Of a stretch of 55,074 bases of DNA, positions 35,688-46,700 are shown in pieces. The stretch covers positions 1 to 55,074 of the forward strand of contig CAMKBC010000003.1 in the NCBI GenBank assembly GCA_946410665.1, read 5' to 3'. The notes under the pieces were generated by a model. That model saw nothing but the letters and a program-made list of their open reading frames with translations, was not told where the DNA came from and did not search any database. Each line of letters begins with the position of its first letter. Positions within the stretch are counted from its first letter, which is position 1. This DNA is from an uncultured Clostridia bacterium. GTDB taxonomy: Bacteria > Bacillota > Clostridia > TANB77 > CAG-508. Made by a program: the position numbers and the translations under genes.

Positions 35688-38600
35688 ATGAAAAACTTTA
35701 TTAGAACAATCTCATTCATAGTAGTAACAGTGTTGATATTATCAACAGTATTACCTGTTTCTATTTATGCATCATCAGTAATAACTGACGGTGAAAACAA
35801 TGGCACAGTAGTAGGTGCAAAAACAGGATCTGAAGATATAACGATGCAGATTACACCTGAAGGAGAATTAAAAGGATCGACAGGAGACGAAAGTTTAAAC
35901 GAAAACGGTATTCCGTCAGGAAACTATATAGTGGAAATTCCTGTTGTAATTGATGCATATAATTCATCATACATAAAAGATGCATCTATTAGTTTTGCGA
36001 ACAGTAATTTTACTGTTGTTGATTCCAGAATTGCGGATAATAAAAACGTACAATCAATCAACAAGGATGTAATCAAATTAAATTCTTCTGAAATAGATGA
36101 AAAAATAGAATTAAATATTCCAGTATCATTTAAGAAAGTTGATTATGTTGCTGAAGATTATTTTAATAGAGCAGTAACTGTAAAACTTGAAGGTACATAT
36201 GTAGATAAAAATGGAACTGAAAAAACTTTTTCTAAACAAACTCAAGTAAACATTTCATGGCATGTTCTTGAAAAAGAAATTCTTGCAAAAGCGAGAATTG
36301 TAAGAAGTTTTGAGTTTACAGAAAACAATGTAAGAAATGCTTTAGTTACAGTAGAACTTACTTCTGGAATAAAAGATGGAAGAGCACCAGAAAAAGAAGA
36401 ATCATTAGAGGTTAGTGTTCCAACGATTAATAATATTCATCCAGAATTAAGAGTTTCAACAGAAAAATACACAACAGAAGAAAATCCAGTTACCGGAAAA
36501 TTAACACTAAACAAAAATATAGAAAAAAATGAAAATAACGAGTATAAATGGGATAAAGAAAGTGAAAAAATATATGTTACATACATATATAGAGGCATAA
36601 ATAACAACTTCTATTCTAGTATAGAAAATATGCAAGTTGATTTTGTGGCGAATATAAAAACAGTTGATGAAGCGGAAACAAAAACAAAACACGCAAGAGA
36701 GACGGAAATAGCAGGAACAAACACCCCAATAATAGTAGAAGCAACAGCCACATCAAGTATTAACAGAGGAGCTATAATAGCAAATGTTGGAATAGACACA
36801 GATTTCGATGTTAAGTATTTATTAAACATTGGCTATGCGGGAACAACTAATTCAATAACATTAAAAGAAAACACAGAGGCATCAGCTGTTAAAACAAAGA
36901 GTATAAGTGCTAACGCAAATGAAATAACAAGAGTGTTAGGAGACAGCGGAAAAATTACAGTTTCTTTTACAGAGGGAACAGACACATATGAAATAAACAA
37001 AAACAATACAACAATTACAATTCCAAATGGAAAAAAGATAAAAGATATTACAACTTCAAAGCCAACTGGTGATGGAAACTTAAATATAAAAATAGTAAAG
37101 ACAGTTAATAATAGTGATAAAGAAGCGTTGGCAAATAAAACAAAAATTACAGGTGGCGCAACAATCACAAATACAGCTTTAGATAATAGCCAAACAACAA
37201 TCGCTTGCGAATGGGAAACCAAAATAGAAGAACCTACACAAAAAATTCAATTCGAATCAAAATTCAAAACTTTATCAACTGTTAAGAAAAATGAGAGAAT
37301 GATTTTATCGGCTATTTTAGAATCTGATTCAGTAGATGATTATTTATTTAAAAATCCAGCAATAAGAATCACATACCCTTCAGACATTAAAACAATATCT
37401 AATGTTACAGTTAATGTTTTATATGATGATTATAGTGAATTGAACAAAAGCATAACACCAAGAGTGGATAATGACAAACATACAATCGTTGTAGAATTAT
37501 CAGGAGAACAAAAACACTATTGCACATCAGCTGTTTCTAAAGGAATTCTAGTTCAAATTGAGGCAGATTACACATTGGATAGATTGGCACCAACAAAAGA
37601 TTCTGAAATAAAATTAGAAGCGTATAATGCTAACACAAATAAAACGACGGAACTAAAAAAAGGAATTAGAATAGTAGCACCAACTAAGTTTATTATTCAA
37701 AACAAAATGGAAGTGACAAATTCTAATAACCCTATTGGTGCAGAGAATGTTTATAACGAAATAAGGGAGACAATAGAAGAAGATGTAGAAGATATTATCT
37801 TACCTTTATATAGTAGTGCAAAGTATATAGATGTATATGGAACAGTGGTAAACAACCAAGGTACGTCTACTGATAATGCAATCATAATAGGAAACTTCCC
37901 ATCAAAAAATACAAACTCATATTCTGGAACCCAATTTAATGCAACATTCGATACAAAAGTAATGGGTGAAATAAACATAGATGGAGAAAGAAAGAGAGAT
38001 GCAAACAACCCAAATGGCACATATAAAGTTTACTATAGCAAAAATGCAAACGAGGCAATAAACTCAAATGGCTGGTCAGAAACACTATCTGAGGATGCTA
38101 AATCTTATAAAATAGTTTTTTTAACACCATTTGAAAATGCAACAAAGAAAGTTTTCCACTATAAAGTAATTACTCCGGAAAATATGACTTACAATGAGCA
38201 CGCAAAAGAATCTTTTGCATTCTTATATGGAAATGGATCAATATCCGGTGAACAATATTCATATCTTGAGGCTAAAACTATAGGTGTTGCAACAAAGCCG
38301 GAAGCCGATTTTTCTGTAGACATATCAGTGAAAGACTATGAATCAAAACAAGAAATAAGAAACGGAGATACAGTAAGAGAAGGTGCATATTTAAGTTTAA
38401 AGATTTCAATAACCAATGTTTCAAACAGAAACATTAAAGATGTTAAAGTTGTTGTTGATTTAATGCAGGGATTAAATAAAGCTAAGATTATCGAAAATCA
38501 AGTAACACATTATGGAAAATACGGAAACATAGAAGAATCTATAGGCGAAATTAAAGCTTCAGAAACAAAAACATTAAATGAAATGCTATATGTAGATCCA

Positions 38601-40535
38601 ATTACAGATGACACAGAAGACATGTATACGAATATGAACGTGGAAGTATATGAGAAAAATGTGTTGGAGTTTGTATATCAAGATTTTAAAAACAAAATAG
38701 AAAGCAGAACAATATCGGGAATAACTATTTCTACAGCTGAAAAAACAGACGTTGGAATAAATGATACTTTCCAACAAATATTCTATATTAGAAATCTAAC
38801 AGGAAGTGAAATAAACAATGTTGAGATAAAAGGAACGGTTCCAAAAGGAATAGAATATGATGAAGAACAAAACAATGAAATTAAAATTGATGGTTTGACA
38901 TATTCTTATGATTCAAATAAAAAGGAATACACTATAAAGATAGATAAGATTTCAGCATATGCATTTACTACAGCATCTATTAATGAAATTGCAGTGAATT
39001 TCAAGGCAATAGATTATGGAGATTATGTATTAAAAACAAAAGCATATCTAAATAATGAAGAAATGAATTTCAATGATATAAATATTACAGTGGCTGGCAA
39101 AGCAAGAAACTTTGAAGTATCACACACAATAAGTACACCAACAAACCAAGTTAAAGATACGGATACTTTCAATTTTAACATTACAATAAAGAGTCATTGG
39201 GATAGTGAGAAAATAGTAGAATTCAAAGACGATATGAATGATAATTTTGTTGTTTATGAATACGAAATACTACAAAACGGCCAATCATTAACAAAACACA
39301 AAAATGTTAATTTGATAGAATATAACTATAAAATGAAACCAGAAGATGTTGCAGAAATTAGAATTAAATGCGGATTAAAAACTCAATCAAAAGGTACAAC
39401 GATAAACTTAACTCATAGTCCAGAAGCTATATGTAATAATGTTAAAATTACAATAAATCCAATCACAATTAATGTTACTGGAACAGGAGAGTTTGTTAAT
39501 ACAAATGTTCCTGAAATAGATGGTAAGTACAGCATTTCGGGAAAAGCATGGTTAGATGCAAACAATGATGGAAGACGCGAAGAAACAGAGCAACAAGTAT
39601 CAAATGTAAAGATGCAATTAATAGACAACAAAACTAATAGAGTTTTTGTGGATGATGAAGGCAATGAAAAAACTACAACGACAAATACAAACGGAGAGTA
39701 TTCGTTTAATAATATACCAATCGGAAGTTATATTGTAATTGCATATTATGATTCTGAAAAGTATGGTTGTGGTTATTATCAAAATAGAAATGTTGCTGAA
39801 GATTTGAATAATGATTTCATTGAAACAGAATATGAAGGAACGATAGTTGGAACAACAGATAATATAATTATTCAAAACACTAGTATTTATGCAATAGATC
39901 TTTCATTGATTCCAAGAAACACATTTGATATGGCATTAGATAAAAATGTCACTAGCGTGTCGATAACAGCATCAAATGGAAAAGAGGCAAATTATAAATA
40001 CAACAATGAAATGGCAAAAGTAGAAATATCAAATGAAAAGAACGTTAAATATTATTTTGTAATTGAATACACATTAACAGTAAAAAATGTTGGCTACATT
40101 GATGGATATGTAAAATCTGTAATAGATTATATTCCAAAAGGAATGACATTTATTCAAGAAGACAATCCTGGATGGTACATAAAATCTGATGGAAATGCAT
40201 ACAACGATACACTAGCAAACACTTTGATAAAAGCTCAAAATAAGGTTGATGTAAGAATTAAACTAAGAAAAGAAATGACAGCAGAACAAACAGGAATAAT
40301 TAAAAACTCAGCAGAGTTAGGAGATACCTACAACACTGAAGGAATTGATGATATAAATTCCAAAGGAGCAAACAAGGATTCTAGTGAAAATGATTATTCA
40401 GAAGCACTAGTTGTGGTAGCACTAGCAACTGGTGGACAAATAATAAAAGTTGCAGGAATTGTATTTGGAGTACTAGCACTTGGGGTTATTATAATCTCAG
40501 TTACGAAATACAAGAGTAAGAAAAAAATAATTTAA
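35688..40535 (+). CDS. Large surface protein A1 (1615 aa): signal peptide, many Ig-like/DUF11-like modules, SdrD-B-like domain, terminal DUF11-like module, ALATG + TM + basic tail
   Basis: Signal peptide ...LPVSIYASS. ISGKAWLDANNDGRREETEQ...TNGEYSFNNIPIGSYIV is SdrD B-like. YFVIEYTLTVKNVGYIDGYVKSVIDYIPKGMTF is a conserved-repeat/DUF11-like segment. C-terminus VVVALATGGQIIKVAGIVFGVLALGVIIISVTKYKSKKKII. Confidence 0.85.
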   Translation: MKNFIRTISFIVVTVLILSTVLPVSIYASSVITDGENNGTVVGAKTGSEDITMQITPEGELKGSTGDESLNENGIPSGNYIVEIPVVIDAYNSSYIKDASISFANSNFTVVDSRIADNKNVQSINKDVIKLNSSEIDEKIELNIPVSFKKVDYVAEDYFNRAVTVKLEGTYVDKNGTEKTFSKQTQVNISWHVLEKEILAKARIVRSFEFTENNVRNALVTVELTSGIKDGRAPEKEESLEVSVPTINNIHPELRVSTEKYTTEENPVTGKLTLNKNIEKNENNEYKWDKESEKIYVTYIYRGINNNFYSSIENMQVDFVANIKTVDEAETKTKHARETEIAGTNTPIIVEATATSSINRGAIIANVGIDTDFDVKYLLNIGYAGTTNSITLKENTEASAVKTKSISANANEITRVLGDSGKITVSFTEGTDTYEINKNNTTITIPNGKKIKDITTSKPTGDGNLNIKIVKTVNNSDKEALANKTKITGGATITNTALDNSQTTIACEWETKIEEPTQKIQFESKFKTLSTVKKNERMILSAILESDSVDDYLFKNPAIRITYPSDIKTISNVTVNVLYDDYSELNKSITPRVDNDKHTIVVELSGEQKHYCTSAVSKGILVQIEADYTLDRLAPTKDSEIKLEAYNANTNKTTELKKGIRIVAPTKFIIQNKMEVTNSNNPIGAENVYNEIRETIEEDVEDIILPLYSSAKYIDVYGTVVNNQGTSTDNAIIIGNFPSKNTNSYSGTQFNATFDTKVMGEINIDGERKRDANNPNGTYKVYYSKNANEAINSNGWSETLSEDAKSYKIVFLTPFENATKKVFHYKVITPENMTYNEHAKESFAFLYGNGSISGEQYSYLEAKTIGVATKPEADFSVDISVKDYESKQEIRNGDTVREGAYLSLKISITNVSNRNIKDVKVVVDLMQGLNKAKIIENQVTHYGKYGNIEESIGEIKASETKTLNEMLYVDPITDDTEDMYTNMNVEVYEKNVLEFVYQDFKNKIESRTISGITISTAEKTDVGINDTFQQIFYIRNLTGSEINNVEIKGTVPKGIEYDEEQNNEIKIDGLTYSYDSNKKEYTIKIDKISAYAFTTASINEIAVNFKAIDYGDYVLKTKAYLNNEEMNFNDINITVAGKARNFEVSHTISTPTNQVKDTDTFNFNITIKSHWDSEKIVEFKDDMNDNFVVYEYEILQNGQSLTKHKNVNLIEYNYKMKPEDVAEIRIKCGLKTQSKGTTINLTHSPEAICNNVKITINPITINVTGTGEFVNTNVPEIDGKYSISGKAWLDANNDGRREETEQQVSNVKMQLIDNKTNRVFVDDEGNEKTTTTNTNGEYSFNNIPIGSYIVIAYYDSEKYGCGYYQNRNVAEDLNNDFIETEYEGTIVGTTDNIIIQNTSIYAIDLSLIPRNTFDMALDKNVTSVSITASNGKEANYKYNNEMAKVEISNEKNVKYYFVIEYTLTVKNVGYIDGYVKSVIDYIPKGMTFIQEDNPGWYIKSDGNAYNDTLANTLIKAQNKVDVRIKLRKEMTAEQTGIIKNSAELGDTYNTEGIDDINSKGANKDSSENDYSEALVVVALATGGQIIKVAGIVFGVLALGVIIISVTKYKSKKKII

Positions 40536-40562
40536 TAAAATGATTTTTTAGCAAGTAAAAAT

Positions 40563-40605
40563 AAAAACTCTTATATGAAGAAATTCATATAAGAGTTTTT
40601 GTTTT
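40563..40605 (+). terminator. Rho-independent terminator after A1
   Basis: 16-bp stem: aaaactcttatatgaa (40564-40579) pairs with ttcatataagagtttt (40584-40599), followed by a T-run. Confidence 0.85.
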
Positions 40606-40765
40606 GACAAAAATGGTTTTGTTCTACGAAATACTGGATTAAAAGAAATAATAATACAAAAATATTACAAAAAAAAACGGATTAAACATAAAAAATGAGT
40701 ATTATTGCATTTATATATAAATATAATATAGCCTGAAACGAAATGTGAGAAAAAGGAGAAAAACT

Positions 40766-43700
40766 ATGCTAAAGAAAAGGATAATTAAAGGGATAATCTT
40801 AATTGCAATAAGCTTAATTGCTTGTCTTGTAAGCGGCAACTATTGCAACGGATATGTACCAGTAGAAGGAGACTCTGTTTCACAAGAGTATTTGAGTACT
40901 TTCGTAAACGATAGGTTCAACGACGGACAACCATATGGAAGCCAGTTACTTCAATATGTACATTACGTGCATTACGAAGGAGATGAGACTGACTATTCGT
41001 TCTTTTGCAACGATTTAGGTTATCCACCAATATTGATAAATTCTTTATCAGGTGAATACTCTTTAGGTTCGCCAGATGTTAGTTTGGTATCGAGTCGACA
41101 AGGAGAAGATAAAATAAATCCTCAAATTGCATATGCTATGGATATAGGTATTTTACCTAAAAATTTAGGTGGAACCGAAAAATCTTGGGAAGACTTACAA
41201 GTTCTAATTTGGGATGCTAAGAGAGATACTGAACAAGGTTCAGCGAGTGGAGATGGATTATTAAATGCTAAGTCAAAAAAACCTAAAAACATTACTAGTT
41301 CAATTCCAAAAGAGGTTTATAGATTTAGAAAAGTTTATGAAGAAATCTTTGAAAAGACACTTGTAAAAGATCAACCATTATTTAGACTTGAAGATAAGCA
41401 AGCTAGTTTGTTTGTAGATCAAAATGATGGAACATATATATATGGACCATTTCAATTAAAAGTTAATTGCGATGCACCTGATGAGACAATTAAGTATTTA
41501 ATAATGGAAATTATGGAAGAAGGGCGCGTAGATTATATAGACTATGATAAAGGTGAAGCATATATAGAAAACTTTTATAAGTTCCATCAGTCTATAGATG
41601 ATTCTTTTATAAATAACGGGTTCAGTGATGGATCTAAGAAAAAATTAAAGTATAGCACAAATCCAGCAAACAAAGATAAAAATCTATATAGTACAATAAT
41701 AGTTGACAACCGCGGAAACCCAATTGATTTTCCTAAAGTTAACAATAGCGATGCCGAAACTAACAACTTCTTCATAAAATTTTACCCAGCAAACGGTGGA
41801 GCAATAATAAATCTAGGAAAAGCTGATAATTCGGCCGAATTGTTCAAATTGAAAGTAAAATATGGACATTATTTGGAATATACAGAACACACACAACAAG
41901 GGGCACTATACTCAAAAGGCTTGGTAGCAACGTTGCATGTGGAAGATAGAAGCAATCGTGTTATAGAACCAGGGTATTTTGGCCAAAGTCTTAGAGATCA
42001 AGGTGATGAAAATCCTGAAGATACAGGTTGGAGAGTTACTTGGTCAAGACTAGATGCGTTTGACGCAAATAGAATGTGGTGGAACTCTTTTTTGCAATAT
42101 ATAGGTATACCAAGAACACTGGCATTGTATTTAAAAGTATCAAGTGGAAATGGTACTGCAGATTCTAATGGTGCAATGAGAACAGAGCTTATAAATAATA
42201 CAAATTTTAATTTAGGTATGTCAAGTACAATTTATAATCCTGTAGACGAGATTGGAGAAACATATATCCTATATCGTCTAAATGATTATTATACAAATTT
42301 GCATTGTGTCGGATTCTCTTCAGGTTATCTTAATGACTGTGGAGCAAGTATATTCACACCATTTACATTCGGAGGGGTATTGCCTGATGAATCAGTAGAT
42401 ATAACGAATCTAACAAAATCGATAAAAGATAATTATGGATTTCCTTTACAACAGGGAATGAAAGCAATAGATTACTGTGGAATTGTACGCGAAGAACAGG
42501 AAGTAACTTTTAGTGCAAGTGGAAGTAAATATGTAAAAGATAAAGATGCATATTGGGATCCTGAAGAAGGTGCTGAAGGTGCAGTACATCACGGGGAAGA
42601 AGGTCACACAGAATATGATACTGCCTCTAAAACTATGAAAATATACAGATATAGATTTGTAAATTGGGGTGAATATGGCGAATCAACTATTAGTGGTTGG
42701 AAGTCAGCCAATATGATTGATTCTGGTACAGCAAATACATCAATAACATCAGGCACCCAAGATGACTATACAGTACCATCTGCTAGTCAACTAAATAGTT
42801 ATGACTCTGATTATAGCTATGGAACCGTAACATATACAGTTAATCCTGATGCGTGGTCTATTGTAAAAGTTTATGGCGGAGGATCTAATGCTTGTGGTGC
42901 AGGTAAGAGTGGCCAAGGTTTTGGATATGTATTAAAAAATGAAGGATGGTTTTATGACAAATATTTTGAGTCATATATGGGCAGACAAACATTAAGCAAC
43001 GCTTTAGGTCAAGGAGATGATCATGCTTATACATATACTCCGGGAAAAGCTGTTGGAGAATATGATGTTTGGATTCCAAAAGATTTACCTCAAATCCCTA
43101 ATATTACAGGTCCAGAATCAGCAGAAGCTTGGTATAGTACACAGGCAGAAATGAAAAATCTAAAAAACAACATACAAAGTTTTATTTCGTTCGGAATTCG
43201 CGGAACTGTTAAAGATAAAAAAGTTTACCAATATGGAACACAAACATCTACTGAATTTGTTGCGCTACCACATTTAAAAATAGCGGAAGCGTTTGGTGGT
43301 AATGTATGGAAAGAGTCAGTAGGGGTCAAAGGCATACCAGAAAAAGATGTGGATGGCATATATAACTCGGGAGACAAAAATGGAGATGGAAGAGAAGAAG
43401 CATATCAAGCAGTAAAAGTAGATTTATATGAATGTAATATAAAATACAAAGAACCACAGCAAGACCAATATATATCTAGTGCAGATATAGAGCCGGCAAC
43501 ATACTTGACAAGTACATTTACAGATTCGGATGGTGATTATAGATTCTTTGGTAAAATTGCTGAAAATGTACCATTAATCAACCCTTTGAAAAAGTATATT
43601 GTAAAATTTGTATATAATGGCCAGATTTATGCGCAAACATTATATAATGTAAATTTAGGTTCTGATTATAGTGAATATAAAGAAAAAACTTCAAAGGCTA

Positions 43701-46700
43701 TAGATGAGAACAGAGATCAATTTAACAAGCGCTTTGAAAATATTTATGCGGATTCGAACAACTATACATTTGATGGTAAAAGATACACGGGATGTAATGG
43801 TCAATTAGAACCAACTTATACATATACAGGAAGAGCATATGGATTAAAACACGTTGTAAAAGAAGCTATAGATGGAATAGCAAATGATCCTAGTGCAGAT
43901 CCTGCTTTAGATACTTTTGAAGAACAATACAATTTATTTATAAAGAATAATACACACGAGGAGTTTTTAACGACTACAGCTGAATATGAATTCCAACATG
44001 CAGGAGGAGCTGATTTAGGTAACACTCAAATTACAGTTGGAACAGGCGAAATTGTTAATAGTGATATCGACAAAACTTGGGAACACACTCCAGGCATACC
44101 AATTGACTACAACTATTCAGGATTAAGCCCAAGTGTTGCAAACTATATTAAAGATTGTATGATAGAAGCATCTGTACCTTATGCGGATGCTACACATGAT
44201 TTAACTGTGTATGGAAGAAACATAGGTATGACAGATTTTCATAAGCAATTTCCAGAACAAGCAACATTTAACTTAAAAGACTTGAATAGAACATACATGG
44301 AAGGCTATAAAAAGTGGACATTAACTGAGGTAAGCATGAGAGTAACTGTACAACCTCAACCGGGTGATGCTGAGAACATGTATGAAGTTCCACCAGAGAT
44401 AGAAAAATACATAGGAAGAACAATATATCCTATAGGAACTTCAGTTGTATTATTTACATATAAGGGTGAAGAATATTATCGTATAGTAGGACCTAATGGC
44501 GTGGCATTGACAGATGCAATTAAGGTTGCATCATTAAGTGATGATTATAATTTTAACTTCAAAGAAAATGATAACACGGATGTAGATTTTATAGATGAAA
44601 CAATAAAAGTAGGATCACAAGAAATTGAGTGGGAACCAGATCCAGAACCACCAGGACCAGGACCAGGACCAGGACCGGGACCAGGACCAGGACCAATAAT
44701 CTATACACTTAAGTATTTGAAGTGGGATTATGCACAAGTTGATGAAGTTAAAACAATAGAACATCGTTATGAACCACCAAAAGAACACTACATCAACTTA
44801 TATAATAAAGAATTTGATTTACGTCATTGCTGGAGCTTTGGTGTATATCAAAGAAACTTCAACGAAGTACAATTAGAAAAAGATTTATATAAAGCAACAA
44901 TGGTAGTAAACGGAAAGAAAGAAGTTTACAGCTATTCAGGAAAATTACCAAATGAAGATGGTGATCAATATAACTTCGAAGTTGGTGAGTTAATCAACTT
45001 AAATAAACCTGTAAATGGTGGAACACCATATACAAGAGAAGTAAGAAAATCAGATTACTTATATGATGAAAACGTTTCTTACGGTGACGGAAAATATTCA
45101 AAGAATATAAAAGCATACTTAACTTATAAGATAAAAGTACATAATGCTAGTCCATATACAATAAGAATAAATGAGATTGCAGATTACTACGATGCAGACA
45201 ACTTAGAGTTCGACGGTGTAAGAGATGCAAGTGGTAGATATGAAATAGCAACTCACACACAAAATATTGACGGACAAATAACACAAAGCAAGTATACATA
45301 TGCATCTAATTTAAGAGATACTGCAGGACATGATGTAAATAAAGAATACATTGGAATTTACGATAATTCAGCATATACAAATGGTGATAACACTAAAGTT
45401 AGAGAAACATTTAAAATTGCAAATGATGGCCAAGACAACAATGGACAACCATACAATTTAAAGACTCTATATATTAGAGGAAATGGTGCAGAAGGAATTC
45501 CAGTAGTGTCAAAGAAGGGTGATGTAGAAACAGTAACAAATCAATTGTTACCATCACAATCAACAATATTATTCGTAACATTCAAAGTTAAGAACAATAC
45601 AATTGATAATGGAATTTCAACATTCACAAATCAAATTAAATTAGATCAAATAACAAGAGATTTCGCAGATAAATTACCTACAATAGGAAAGAATAACTTT
45701 GCAGAAATCAATAGCTATGCATCATACTATACAGCAGAAATGCCAGGTGATGCAGCAGTTGAGGAAAAACAATACTACAGACCATATGCTGAAGGAAAAA
45801 TTAGATATGGTAACAATGAAGCTACCTACATACATCCAGATGGTACAGAAGAAAGAATAGAGGGAAGAGACATTTGCATAGCAGGTGTTGTAGATGTTTA
45901 CTCAAACCCAGGAAGCTTCACAGAAAGAGATGTAGAAGTTGTTCGTACAGATGACGGAGAATATAAAGAATTACGATTCAAAGACAACTCATACAGAAAG
46001 ATAACAAGACCAGAAGGAATGCCAAAACTAAATAAAGATGACGCAGCAGAAGAATCATTACCTACAGTTGAACCTGATATGGACAAAGCTCCATCAATCA
46101 GAATTATCTTAGATGATGATCAAATCAGAAAGATTTCTGGTTATGTATTTGAAGATGAGAAAACAGTAAATAGCGATGGTTCACCAATCGGAAATGGTAA
46201 GATGGATGATGGTGAAACAAGAATCAACGGTGTAACAGTACAATTAGTAGAGTTAATCCAAGACGTAGATTACGATGGAACATTTACTGGACAATATATT
46301 GGTGAAAAGGTTTGGGATGAATGTGAATACACAGGATTATCAGATGTTAAATACCAATTGAAAGCCGGAAGTGAAAACCAAGGAGCTCAATATTATTCAG
46401 GAAAAGGAACAAAATACATCCTTAACTCAACAAGCGATCTTGTAAAAATTTATAGCGATCCATCAGTTGCAAATGAAACAACTGAAGATGGTAAGTACTG
46501 TTTCGCAGGATTACCAAGTGGTGATTTCGTTGTAAGATTCATTTATGGTGATACAGATCGTACAGTGTTAACAAACGGAACAGACAACAATGATTCTGAA
46601 AAGGAAGAAGCAGTTAGAGAAACAGCAGCAGTAAATGAATTAACTGGAAGAACTGGTATGAACGTAAAATCATACAATGGTCAAGACTTCAAGTCAACTG

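Noticed and set aside
44651-44695. The tandem repeat as a possible CRISPR array or regulatory repeat
   Set aside because: The units are 6 nt long, contiguous with no spacers, and lie in frame inside a coding sequence. It is a coding microsatellite.
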